DNA of 54,866 nt, taken from IMG/VR virus record IMGVR_UViG_3300033146_003306, positions 1 to 54,866 of that record. One strand, 5' to 3'. Source of the DNA: a virus. Taxonomy: Duplodnaviria; Caudoviricetes. The number at the start of each line of letters is the position of its first letter. The first letter of the stretch is position 1. A program made the position numbers and the translations under genes. Under the pieces are notes generated by a model that saw only the letters and a list, made by a program, of their open reading frames with translations, was not told the DNA's origin and made no database searches. This document shows, piece by piece, positions 20,397-28,988 of the stretch.

Positions 20397-21221
20397 TTAT
20401 TTATCTCCTGTAAAAAATTCAAATTTAGGGGTTGTTCTCTTTGTAATTATATTGTTCCTTTTTGACTCACCAGTCTTTTTTACGATACTAAATAATTTTA
20501 ATCTGTCCGTGAACATTTCCCCGTATTTTTCTTTGATATTCGACATGCTCTTATTCGTAGTAAAAATGGTTTGTTTTGAAATATCAAGTATTCTTTCATC
20601 GAGGACAGAAAACAGTTTTGAAGCAAAGGCCGGGTGAGCAGATGCACTTCCTAAATCTTGTATTACCAATAAATCCGCATCATACAAATCTTCAAAATTC
20701 CACGCACCATACACATCATACGATTTGTACCTGTCAAATGCTGTTTGCTTTTCTATTTTTCTTGAAAACATATCAAGACACATTTGTTCTGTCACATATA
20801 CAATTTTTCTTTTTGCTCTACTTGTCGTCCCTTGTGCATATATGCCTTCAAAAAAATCCGGCGACTCTCTGTATCTTGTAGGAATATACTGAGAACAAAA
20901 ATAGTCTTTTGTGAGTTTTACAGACAAATATGTCTTTCCCGTTCCTGTTGTTCCCATGATTATGACATTCTGCCCCCTTAATCGGCTGTTTTCTGGACTT
21001 AAATCACAACAGGTATACATAAGTCTACCTGGAACTTTTAAGTCTTTAAAATCGCCTGTTTTTTGGAATATTGCTTTTGTACGTCTTGCCGCAACACAGA
21101 ATGCGAACTGCACTATCTCACTGTCTGATAAATCTTTTGGAACATCAGGCCACTCATAAAGATTTTTTTGTTCAGTGAACAACTGCTTGACTCTATAAGT
21201 GTAGTTTGATTCTGATAACAT
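20397..21221 (-). CDS. DnaC/IstB-like helicase loader
   Basis: GTTGTGKT, DLLVIQDLG, TIFTTN, DRL. Confidence 0.85.
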   Translation of the reverse strand: MLSESNYTYRVKQLFTEQKNLYEWPDVPKDLSDSEIVQFAFCVAARRTKAIFQKTGDFKDLKVPGRLMYTCCDLSPENSRLRGQNVIIMGTTGTGKTYLSVKLTKDYFCSQYIPTRYRESPDFFEGIYAQGTTSRAKRKIVYVTEQMCLDMFSRKIEKQTAFDRYKSYDVYGAWNFEDLYDADLLVIQDLGSASAHPAFASKLFSVLDERILDISKQTIFTTNKSMSNIKEKYGEMFTDRLKLFSIVKKTGESKRNNIITKRTTPKFEFFTGDK

Positions 21222-21467
21222 TTTTATTTTTCCTTTTGTGTTTTTTTGTGTTTGCCTTCACTTCCCTATCTGTTTTGTAAGCTTTTCTCTTTGTTTGTCT
21301 GTCAATATCCTTTTTTGTACGATACTGATTCTTACTTATCCTGAAATAATAAAGTTCGCAGTTTGTAATTTCGCACTCTCTAACATCTGACACTGAGTTA
21401 TTTGAACATTCAAGGCATTTTAATCTGGTTGCTTTAAGAAGGGTTTTTGCTTTTGTTTGATTCCCAT
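21193..21467 (-). pseudogene. small Cys-rich phage protein, frameshifted near start
   Basis: RBS+ATG at 21467 is out of frame with LLKATRLKCLECS..VRECEITNCELYYFR; one extra A in the A-run restores it. Confidence 0.6.
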
Positions 21468-21642
21468 GCTCAACTTCCTTTTAATTTTGCTTTGTTAATT
21501 GAAACGTTTATTTTTTTATAACAAAACTTGATACATACTAACATATACATTTTTTATTTTTAAATCAAAAAAATGCTAAGCCGTTCATTGGTAAGCTGAC
21601 AAGAAACACCATTCCGGCGTTGCGCCGACCAGTTGTTTTATA

Positions 21643-22770
21643 TTAATCTTTGAATATGTCGTTTATACTCTCATAATATATTCCATTAATTTCTTTTCCA
21701 ACACGAGGATCATCATGATTTACACTTCGTATTTCGTCAGCCTGAATACCTTTGTTTTGTAATTCTGTTTTTTGTTTTCTAAATTCATCAAAGCCAAATT
21801 GATTATTTATATTCTTATTATTGTTTTTTGCAAATACAAACGCTTTTAGTTTTGCTGAATGGTCTTCAAGATATCTTTTGTCATAATTAATATAATTTTT
21901 TAATAAGTACATATAAGCCTGTTTAAGCTGAATGCAGTCTTTTAAATTTTTTATGAAGCTTTGTTTGTTTACTTCTCCTGTTTTTATTTTATTATAAAAA
22001 TTAATTAATTTTTTATGATCTCTCGGTTCTACTTTTTCAGAGGGGTAAATATTTAATATTTCATTTTTGAAGTTCTCAGCTTCTTTTTTGAATGAACGGT
22101 TTGTTTTATTAGTTTTATTAGTTTGTTTATTTTTAAAATCATTTAATTGTATACTTTTATTTTTTAATGAAGATTGTGTTTGTTCTTCTATCACTAATCG
22201 TTCGGAATCATGTTTTAGAAACAGGTGGCTACGCCGTGAGGTTGATTTATCAACCGAAGGGGTTGTCACAGGAAGAGCGTTAGCGATTTTCTCTGTAAGT
22301 GAGCTTGATTTATCAAGTGAGCTTTCTTTTTCTTTTTCTTTTTTTTTTATTGTATTATTAACTGTATTATTAACTGTATTATTATACCTGGCGTTTTCGC
22401 CAGGAGGGTACTGGCGTTTTCGCCAGGAGGGTACTGGCGTTTTCGCCAGGAGGGTACTGGCGTTTTCGCCAGGGGGTGTCACGACCTTTAAAATTCTTTT
22501 TTTAATTTGTTTGGAACCCTCTTTGTAAATAATATATCTTTTTATATACCCCTTTGCTTCAAGAGAAGATATGATCCTTATGCATCGAGATGCAGAAATT
22601 CTAAAAAAAGAAGAGAAGTATTCATTTGTGGCAAAGCACCCATTTTCATTATCTAAACTTTCAACTTCAACAACAAACAACATCTCCATTTTTGTAAGGT
22701 TTTCGTCAAGCCAGCGACTTTTTTCTATCCATACTCCTTTAAAATCCCTTTCATATTTCTTTATCATCAC
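21643..22770 (-). CDS. phage replication initiator (N-terminal wHTH, internal iterons)
   Basis: FKGVWI..GCFATNEYFS..RIISSLEAKGYI; upstream of DnaC-like gene. Confidence 0.85.
   Translation of the reverse strand: MMIKKYERDFKGVWIEKSRWLDENLTKMEMLFVVEVESLDNENGCFATNEYFSSFFRISASRCIRIISSLEAKGYIKRYIIYKEGSKQIKKRILKVVTPPGENASTLLAKTPVPSWRKRQYPPGENARYNNTVNNTVNNTIKKKEKEKESSLDKSSSLTEKIANALPVTTPSVDKSTSRRSHLFLKHDSERLVIEEQTQSSLKNKSIQLNDFKNKQTNKTNKTNRSFKKEAENFKNEILNIYPSEKVEPRDHKKLINFYNKIKTGEVNKQSFIKNLKDCIQLKQAYMYLLKNYINYDKRYLEDHSAKLKAFVFAKNNNKNINNQFGFDEFRKQKTELQNKGIQADEIRSVNHDDPRVGKEINGIYYESINDIFKD
22388..22472. repeat. four iterons, 23-bp period (putative replication origin)
   Basis: CTGGCGTTTTCGCCAG at 22388, 22411, 22434, 22457 with GAGGGTA spacers; AT-rich repeats/T-tract at 22321-22386. 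Confidence 0.85.
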
Positions 22771-22865
22771 ACTCCTTTTATTTCCTCTTATAAATCCACT
22801 TTTTAGTCAACGATATATGCAAAATTTCCTTTATGTCTTTTTCTTTCATGTTTTAATACTCTTGA

Positions 22866-23096
22866 TTACTTACGTCTTATTTTAGAGTTAAATATCTTTC
22901 CTCCATTATCCGCATGTATTTTATTATGATCAATGTAAAATTTACCTTGTCCCCCGTCTCCCGGCTTGAAGAATCCTTCTGCCGTTATGTCATCGCCATA
23001 TATATCGTCTTGACAAATAGAATACCAACCAAAACTAAATATAGGATGTCTCCAAAATGGACGTTTTGCGATTATGAGTGGTTTGTTTTTATACAT
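22866..23096 (-). CDS. hypothetical protein
   Basis: 76-aa ORF with AAGGGG RBS. Confidence 0.55.
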   Translation of the reverse strand: MYKNKPLIIAKRPFWRHPIFSFGWYSICQDDIYGDDITAEGFFKPGDGGQGKFYIDHNKIHADNGGKIFNSKIRRK

Positions 23097-23108
23097 TTGT
23101 TACCCCTT

Positions 23109-23273
23109 TTATTTATAATTATCAAAATAAACATTTGTGCATTTTTCGCTTTTACATACCCACAAAATGCCATTTTGTTTCAACATACACTTCATTATGT
23201 TTCCACATTCAATACATATATCAGATTCTAATTTTTTGTTTTTGTTTAATTTTTTTAGTTTTTTATTTGTCAT
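23109..23273 (-). CDS. small Zn-ribbon protein (54 aa)
   Basis: manual translation: CIECG...WVCKSEKC. Confidence 0.55.
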   Translation of the reverse strand: MTNKKLKKLNKNKKLESDICIECGNIMKCMLKQNGILWVCKSEKCTNVYFDNYK

Positions 23274-23277
23274 TATG

Positions 23278-23480
23278 CTAATAGTCTCCGTCTAACAAGA
23301 TTAATGCATGGTGTACGTTAACAGCATGCTTAATTTGGGAAGTAGGTGTTTTCTGCTCAACCACAATATACTTTAGTTTTTTTGAAATAAGTCTTTTGCT
23401 TGTTTTTTATTGTCTGCCATAATTACAGCTACAGCACCTACCTGATAACGACATTCAAAGCAACATACATATGTTTTCAT
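23278..23480 (-). pseudogene. small phage gene interrupted at an A7 run
   Basis: MKTYVCC..VGAVAVIMADNKKQAKDLFQK then -1 frame LKYIVV..LILLDGDY*. Confidence 0.6.
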
Positions 23481-23662
23481 TTTAATTTTCCTTTATTTAT
23501 AAATGTTAAAAATCATTAATAATAACATTATTATGTCTCCAACGAGTAAGGAATAAAATATCAAATAAAAAGCTTTATCTGATAAATAAAATTTTCTATC
23601 CAAAAATCTATTGTTTATTAAAAAATCATTCATTCGAGCCGCCTTTAAAATAAAATTTTCGT

Positions 23663-23686
23663 TGACTTAGTATATATACTAAGTCA
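23663..23686. promoter_or_regulatory. 24-bp perfect palindrome, putative operator
   Basis: TGACTTAGTATATATACTAAGTCA in intergenic DNA. Confidence 0.55.
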
Positions 23687-23716
23687 GGCAAGCAAATAAA
23701 ATAAAAATCTTATTTG

Positions 23717-24676
23717 TTATAAACATATATCTAATTGTTTGATTAAGTTATCCGCTTCTTTGCAAGTTAAGTCTCCTGGGTCTTTTGGGGTATTGTCTGG
23801 ATTTCTTAGTGATCCATCGAGTTCATATATTTCAGGGGTTATTCCTGTAAGTACTTGTATTTCATCAAATGCCTTTTGAGAGGCCGCTTGACCTGCTGAG
23901 TCAGGATCAAGAATAAAAACGCACTTATTAAAATTAGAAACAATGAATTTAACCTGAGCAGGAGTAAATTTAATACCAGACAAACTGCCGGAACAAGTCG
24001 GAAACATCCATGCGTCAGGTTGCCCCTCAAAAAACAACGTTCGTTGATTTTTACGGTGTTTTATATTGTCAAAATTATATATAAAAAAATTGCCAGGTAG
24101 AAGACAATCTGACTTCTTACAGGCTATATATTTTGCTCTCATACCAGACTGTTTTGTATCAACTGAAATGTCCCTGCATGTATATGTCATTAATTTGTTA
24201 TTCAAGTAATAAGGAATAAAGATTTTGTTTTTTTGATAAAAAGGGTCTGTTTCATATCCGGTAGATTGCAACTTAAAAAAATGAACTAAACGATCAACGT
24301 CAAATCCACGTTGCTCAAGATAAATTTTATGATATTTCACTAACGGTCTTAAATTTAATTTTTCAATATTTACTTTTTCTACATTTGCTTCCCATCCTGA
24401 GAAGTTTTGAGATATAAAACCTGTTGAGTGTTCAGATATTATTTGCTTTGCATGATTAATATCTACCCCTAAAACACTCGACAGTGCTTTATTTACGTTG
24501 TGACCTCCTCACCTGAAACACACACATGAGTTTTGAGCATGATTAAAGCCCATATGCGAGCCGTCATTACCGTGGCAATATGGACAAGGTACGTTTGACC
24601 ATCCATGACGGTAATGACGGCCAGAATTTGATGTTTGAATGCGGTGTATGCTAAATATTTTTTCGAAGTCAATCAT
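23717..24676 (-). CDS. DNA primase (Zn-finger + TOPRIM), 319 codons with in-frame TGA at codon 56
   Basis: ATG 24676 with AGGA RBS is in frame with track ORF 23717..24340; CPYC..CFR*GGH, YLEQRGF, AKY, FFEGQPDA, LDPDSAG; only interruption is TGA 24511-24509. Confidence 0.85.
24470..24491 (-). promoter_or_regulatory. candidate bacterial SECIS hairpin
   Basis: UAAAGCACU-GUCG-AGUGUUUUA (9 bp, one G-U); loop starts GU, 26 nt after the UGA. Confidence 0.4.
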
Positions 24677-24696
24677 TTTAATTTTCCTGTCTTAAT

Positions 24697-24906
24697 TTAA
24701 TTTTTAATTTTATTATGTTTTTTACAGTTTTTTATTACGTTGTTTATATCAAGGTATTTATTGTGCTCTCTTAATATTATCTTATTGGTAACTTTACACC
24801 TACCTTCATACACATAGACCTTTTTTGAATTAAAGTTTGTATAATAATGAGAATATTTAAAATTAGGTTTAAAGGAACAATTGCCACAGTTTTTTTTGTC
24901 TTTCAT
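24697..24906 (-). CDS. small Cys-containing hypothetical protein
   Basis: RBS, CGNC...C...C. Confidence 0.55.
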   Translation of the reverse strand: MKDKKNCGNCSFKPNFKYSHYYTNFNSKKVYVYEGRCKVTNKIILREHNKYLDINNVIKNCKKHNKIKN

Positions 24907-25014
24907 TTTAACTTCCTTTTTTAATTTTTATGCTTAATAAAGGCCAATTTTGCTGACACCTCATTATTTGTTTAAGCATTTGATAAAAATAGGTATGTGC
25001 TCTTGTTCAACTTT

Positions 25015-26355
25015 TTAATAAGAGCTGTATACTTTTAGTCTTTTGTGCCACTGTTTTAAAAAAACTGGATTATTATCAACAAAATCATATACCCTGACTT
25101 GTTTTTTGCCGGATTGTGTTCTAATTAATCTGCCTAAAATTTGTTCTAATCTTCCATCATATGAAATAGGCATACACAGGAATAGATCAGTGAAGCCGCC
25201 ATAGTCGAATCCTTCTGCTATTAGGCTTGTCGTAGCAAGCAGTATTGTAACTTTATTATTATTTAGGTCTTCAACCACCTGCTTTCTTTTTTTTGTTGAT
25301 ATTTTGCCTGATAGATAGTGATATGAAATTTGTTCAAAATCAAGATTTTTTTTAATAAAATCAAGGTGAGTCGAATGGTCAGATAAAACAAGGCAACATG
25401 AATAGTTTTGCTGAGATGCCTTTTTTATTTCGTCTACAATTATTTGATTTCTTATGTTTGATTTTTTTAATTTTGACAATAACGAAACATAATCACCCCT
25501 TTCTCCATTAAAAAATAAATTAGTTTGCACTTTTATTATTTTGGGTTTTAGTATCTTACCTTGCCTGACAGCTTCTGATTTATTCATTTTATATATTATG
25601 TCGCCCAAACTCCAAAAAATGAAATTTCCTAGGCCATCTCTTCTTTTTGGAGTCGCCGTCAGTCCTAAAATATAAAAACTCTTAAACAAGCTTACACATT
25701 CAGAAAAAGTCCTTCCTGGCACTTTGTGATTTTCATCTACAATTAACATTCCGAAATCTTTACAGAAATTATGCTTTTTGTTTTTATTTATGGTACTTGT
25801 TACCAGTCCAACTGTAATGTCTTTTATGTTAAAATGGTTGTCTCCTACTAATCCGCAATCATAATCCAAAAACTGTTTAATTCTGGCTTGCCATTGATAC
25901 ATTAATTCTTTTGTGTGACAGATTATAAATGTTTTTTGAGATCGTTTATATGTGACATATAGAGCAACTACGGTTTTTCCTGTCCCTGTAGGTAGTTGAA
26001 GAACACCAACCTCATTATTTAGACACGCATTGACCGCGGGCAGTTGCTCTTTGTACGGAGTTATATTACATTTGAACTTAATGTTTACGTTATAAGTTGT
26101 TTTGTCGTCAAAAGAAATATCAGGGTAATACTTGTTGCACAATATACAAAGATAGCCTTCAACTCCCCTTGGTACGCTGAAACAGTCTTTGTGTTTTTTG
26201 TACGCAGATATATTTTTCTGGATGCCGTATACACGCCTGGCGTTTTGTATAGCATCTGTGTATTTTGGATTTGTCATTGTTAAATGTTTTTTTAATATCT
26301 TTTCGATTATTGGCATATCATAAATATAAATTCTTTTTTCGATTATAATCTTCAT
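25015..26355 (-). CDS. superfamily 2 DExH helicase
   Basis: LPTGTGKT, VDENH, GLTATPKR, EGFD, QILGRLIR. Confidence 0.92.
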   Translation of the reverse strand: MKIIIEKRIYIYDMPIIEKILKKHLTMTNPKYTDAIQNARRVYGIQKNISAYKKHKDCFSVPRGVEGYLCILCNKYYPDISFDDKTTYNVNIKFKCNITPYKEQLPAVNACLNNEVGVLQLPTGTGKTVVALYVTYKRSQKTFIICHTKELMYQWQARIKQFLDYDCGLVGDNHFNIKDITVGLVTSTINKNKKHNFCKDFGMLIVDENHKVPGRTFSECVSLFKSFYILGLTATPKRRDGLGNFIFWSLGDIIYKMNKSEAVRQGKILKPKIIKVQTNLFFNGERGDYVSLLSKLKKSNIRNQIIVDEIKKASQQNYSCCLVLSDHSTHLDFIKKNLDFEQISYHYLSGKISTKKRKQVVEDLNNNKVTILLATTSLIAEGFDYGGFTDLFLCMPISYDGRLEQILGRLIRTQSGKKQVRVYDFVDNNPVFLKQWHKRLKVYSSY

Positions 26356-26435
26356 TTAATTTTCCTTTTTTAAAGTTTATTTATATTTATTTCATGTGGC
26401 TTTATATGTCAACAAGTTTTTTATTTTTTTGTTAT

Positions 26436-28433
26436 TTACCTGCTTACGTATGTTAATGTTATTATAAAATCAGCGGCTGAGTTGACACTTGCATCGGTTG
26501 ATAGATTTACAAAAATAGCTTTCGAGCTTGTACTGTACGCTATCTTGTCTTTAGAGGATATAAACCCTGTTTTGTGCGATGTATCAAGCGTTATAACTAA
26601 ACTTTCAGTCCCTGTTCCTGTAGACGCTCCACCGTGATCCACCGTGATCACCGCAGAACCTGCGGTAAGCTCAACTGCTTCTACTCCTACACTGCATAGT
26701 CGCATGATGTGGCCTGTTCTCAACCCTCCTAAAACAGAACTTCTTGGTATAAATTCTTTAGAAAGTGAGGCTCCTGTATTCTCTATAATAAAGGTTTCTT
26801 TATAAAAATTGCCGTCCCTAATTATGTTAGAGGGGTGGCCTTGCTCGTCCGATATCATTTTACCAGAACCGAGAGAACCTATTTCAAGTTGCGAAAACTC
26901 GTTAAATAGTGCGCCCGGCTTTATAGTTATTCCGTTTGGGTTTTGTGTGTTCCATCCTTCCTGTCGGAGATTGACAAATTTATTTGAAAATGCCGCCGAA
27001 TCATGTATCTCATATGTTTCTGAGCCTGCTAAAGATGAAGGGAAAGGCAAATCAAGCGTTAGCGTTGTTGCGTTATTAGATGCGATTCTACGCACTTCGC
27101 CGTTATGTGCCCCTGACGATATCTTTACAGATTTATTGGCGTGTTCCAGAGAAGCCCATGTTTGTGTTGAATCGGTAACCGTTATCGTTGTAGCTGACGT
27201 TAAGGTTCCGCCTTCTTCGTAGGCGTAGTCATTTAGTTTTATTAGTTGAGAGTATAATAACTCGCCGGAGATATTTGTAAAAAGATTGCCATGCCCTGCT
27301 CTAAGGTCTATTAATGTATCTAATACAGCCCCTCTTTTTAATCCGTTTATAATATTTGCGTTACATCCGTTTGCAGAGATAAGTGTCCCATTCGGTTTAA
27401 ATTGTATGCCTATCTGAGTCCCTCCCGAGCCAAACAAAGAAAACGAATCAAAAACATTATAGTACGGGCCGACTCCATTACTGCCTTGACCGTAAATCAG
27501 AATAGCGTTTGTTGTTTTATTTTGGACTTCAAAGTTTCTGTATTCACAATAATTACCACCTGTAAAGTCTATAGATTTACTCCCCGTTTCTGTGTAAAGG
27601 TATATCGACTCCATAACGCACCGCTCTCTTTGCGGGTCTCCATAGCTTAAATTGATTGCTAATTGCGTTCCAGTGCCAGTATAGTGCAGTCTTACAGACG
27701 TACTGTCACCATACATTTTCATGTCAGACACGCCAAAATACAGTGTGTTAGAGTGCCTGTAAGTCACGTTTTCATCTTTTATTTTAGGAAAGAACACACT
27801 ACAACCATTAGCCCTTGCGTATGCAAACGCATTATTAAGTGCAGTTGCGTTATCGGTTGCGTTGTCGGCTACTGCCCCCCAATAACATATATTGGCTACT
27901 TCTCCATTTTCAAATACTCTTACCCACCTACCAGTGGCGATAGATGTAACTTTTATTGTTATTCCGTTGTCATCTACGGCTGTACTTGTTGCGTCCCATC
28001 TGAATTTCCCTTGCCCTCCATCCCCATTTATTGTATGTCCGAGAAGATCAATAACAACGCCGTCAATAACTCCTGGGGTTAATCTTAAATCTGCAATAGT
28101 ATCAACACCGATACCATTGCTTTGATAAACAGCCAGAAAACCATTCGCTAAATCAGTAGCAAATGTGCCTGATATATGATCTCTAATAACAACATAAACA
28201 GTCGCATTTACTGCATACCAAACAAGGTCTTTTTCTTGATATGAAACTCCTGTCGCCCATGTCCCCCTTGCAATGTACCCGACAAGCCTATTCATTGCTG
28301 TTGCGACAGTTACTACTGTTCCATTGTCAGTTATTACATCTTGACCAATAGCTCCGTTTGCAACATTATCAATTATGTCTGTTGCTTCTACAAGCCTTGT
28401 TATTTGAGTAGTTGTTTCAGAAGCAGTTGCCAT
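26436..28433 (-). CDS. tailspike / receptor-binding protein with beta-helix
   Basis: virion anchor, DTIADLR..GDGGQGKFRWD..GRWVR, WGAVAD..DNATALNNA pectate-lyase-3-like start. Confidence 0.8.
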   Translation of the reverse strand: MATASETTTQITRLVEATDIIDNVANGAIGQDVITDNGTVVTVATAMNRLVGYIARGTWATGVSYQEKDLVWYAVNATVYVVIRDHISGTFATDLANGFLAVYQSNGIGVDTIADLRLTPGVIDGVVIDLLGHTINGDGGQGKFRWDATSTAVDDNGITIKVTSIATGRWVRVFENGEVANICYWGAVADNATDNATALNNAFAYARANGCSVFFPKIKDENVTYRHSNTLYFGVSDMKMYGDSTSVRLHYTGTGTQLAINLSYGDPQRERCVMESIYLYTETGSKSIDFTGGNYCEYRNFEVQNKTTNAILIYGQGSNGVGPYYNVFDSFSLFGSGGTQIGIQFKPNGTLISANGCNANIINGLKRGAVLDTLIDLRAGHGNLFTNISGELLYSQLIKLNDYAYEEGGTLTSATTITVTDSTQTWASLEHANKSVKISSGAHNGEVRRIASNNATTLTLDLPFPSSLAGSETYEIHDSAAFSNKFVNLRQEGWNTQNPNGITIKPGALFNEFSQLEIGSLGSGKMISDEQGHPSNIIRDGNFYKETFIIENTGASLSKEFIPRSSVLGGLRTGHIMRLCSVGVEAVELTAGSAVITVDHGGASTGTGTESLVITLDTSHKTGFISSKDKIAYSTSSKAIFVNLSTDASVNSAADFIITLTYVSR

Positions 28434-28442
28434 TTTATTTCC

Positions 28443-28967
28443 TTATACCCATTTATCTTTTATAAAACTGTCTTGTAATTTTGAATCAGTGAAATCAGAA
28501 GAAACACCGTTTGAATACGCATATAAATAATCTACGCTCAAATTAAAATCTGCGTATGTGTCATATGCTGTTAAATTAATATATTGTAACTGAGATATTA
28601 ATTGTTTGTTGTCAATTTCAATATTAAAACTAACAGACCATAAAGTATTGGACATCAGCTTTGCTTCATACTTTGATGTCATTTGAACATAATGCTCAAT
28701 ATACCCTGCGCCTACAAGAATATCTATTTTAAACCATTTATGACCATTTATTAGGTCATTAAAATAAAACATCTCAAAAGTGTTCATTTGAAATTCATTA
28801 AAAACGAAACTCAAAACCATCGAAGTGGTTCTTTGTTCTGAAATTCTCTTTTGTGTTTGAAATCCAAAAGAATCAGGAGTAACACTGACATTTGAAAGGA
28901 TTTGTTCATAGCCATAATTATTAATTAAAGGTGCTGGCAATGATGTTGGATATGTAGGTGTAGCCAC
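28443..28967 (-). CDS. distal tail (Dit)-like protein, copy 2
   Basis: YPTSLPAPL..GY..Q..FE.FY..DL.NG..WF pattern. Confidence 0.65.
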   Translation of the reverse strand: MATPTYPTSLPAPLINNYGYEQILSNVSVTPDSFGFQTQKRISEQRTTSMVLSFVFNEFQMNTFEMFYFNDLINGHKWFKIDILVGAGYIEHYVQMTSKYEAKLMSNTLWSVSFNIEIDNKQLISQLQYINLTAYDTYADFNLSVDYLYAYSNGVSSDFTDSKLQDSFIKDKWV

Positions 28968-28988
28968 GTTAAATTCCTTTAATCAATA

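Noticed and set aside
21575-21640. tRNA or structured RNA after the initiator gene
   Set aside because: Only a 5-bp GC hairpin; no cloverleaf. No tRNA (including tRNA-Sec) was recognised anywhere in the window.
22388-22472. CRISPR-like palindromic repeats
   Set aside because: Spacers are identical 7-mers, the array is inside a CDS, and no cas genes are present; iterons fit better.
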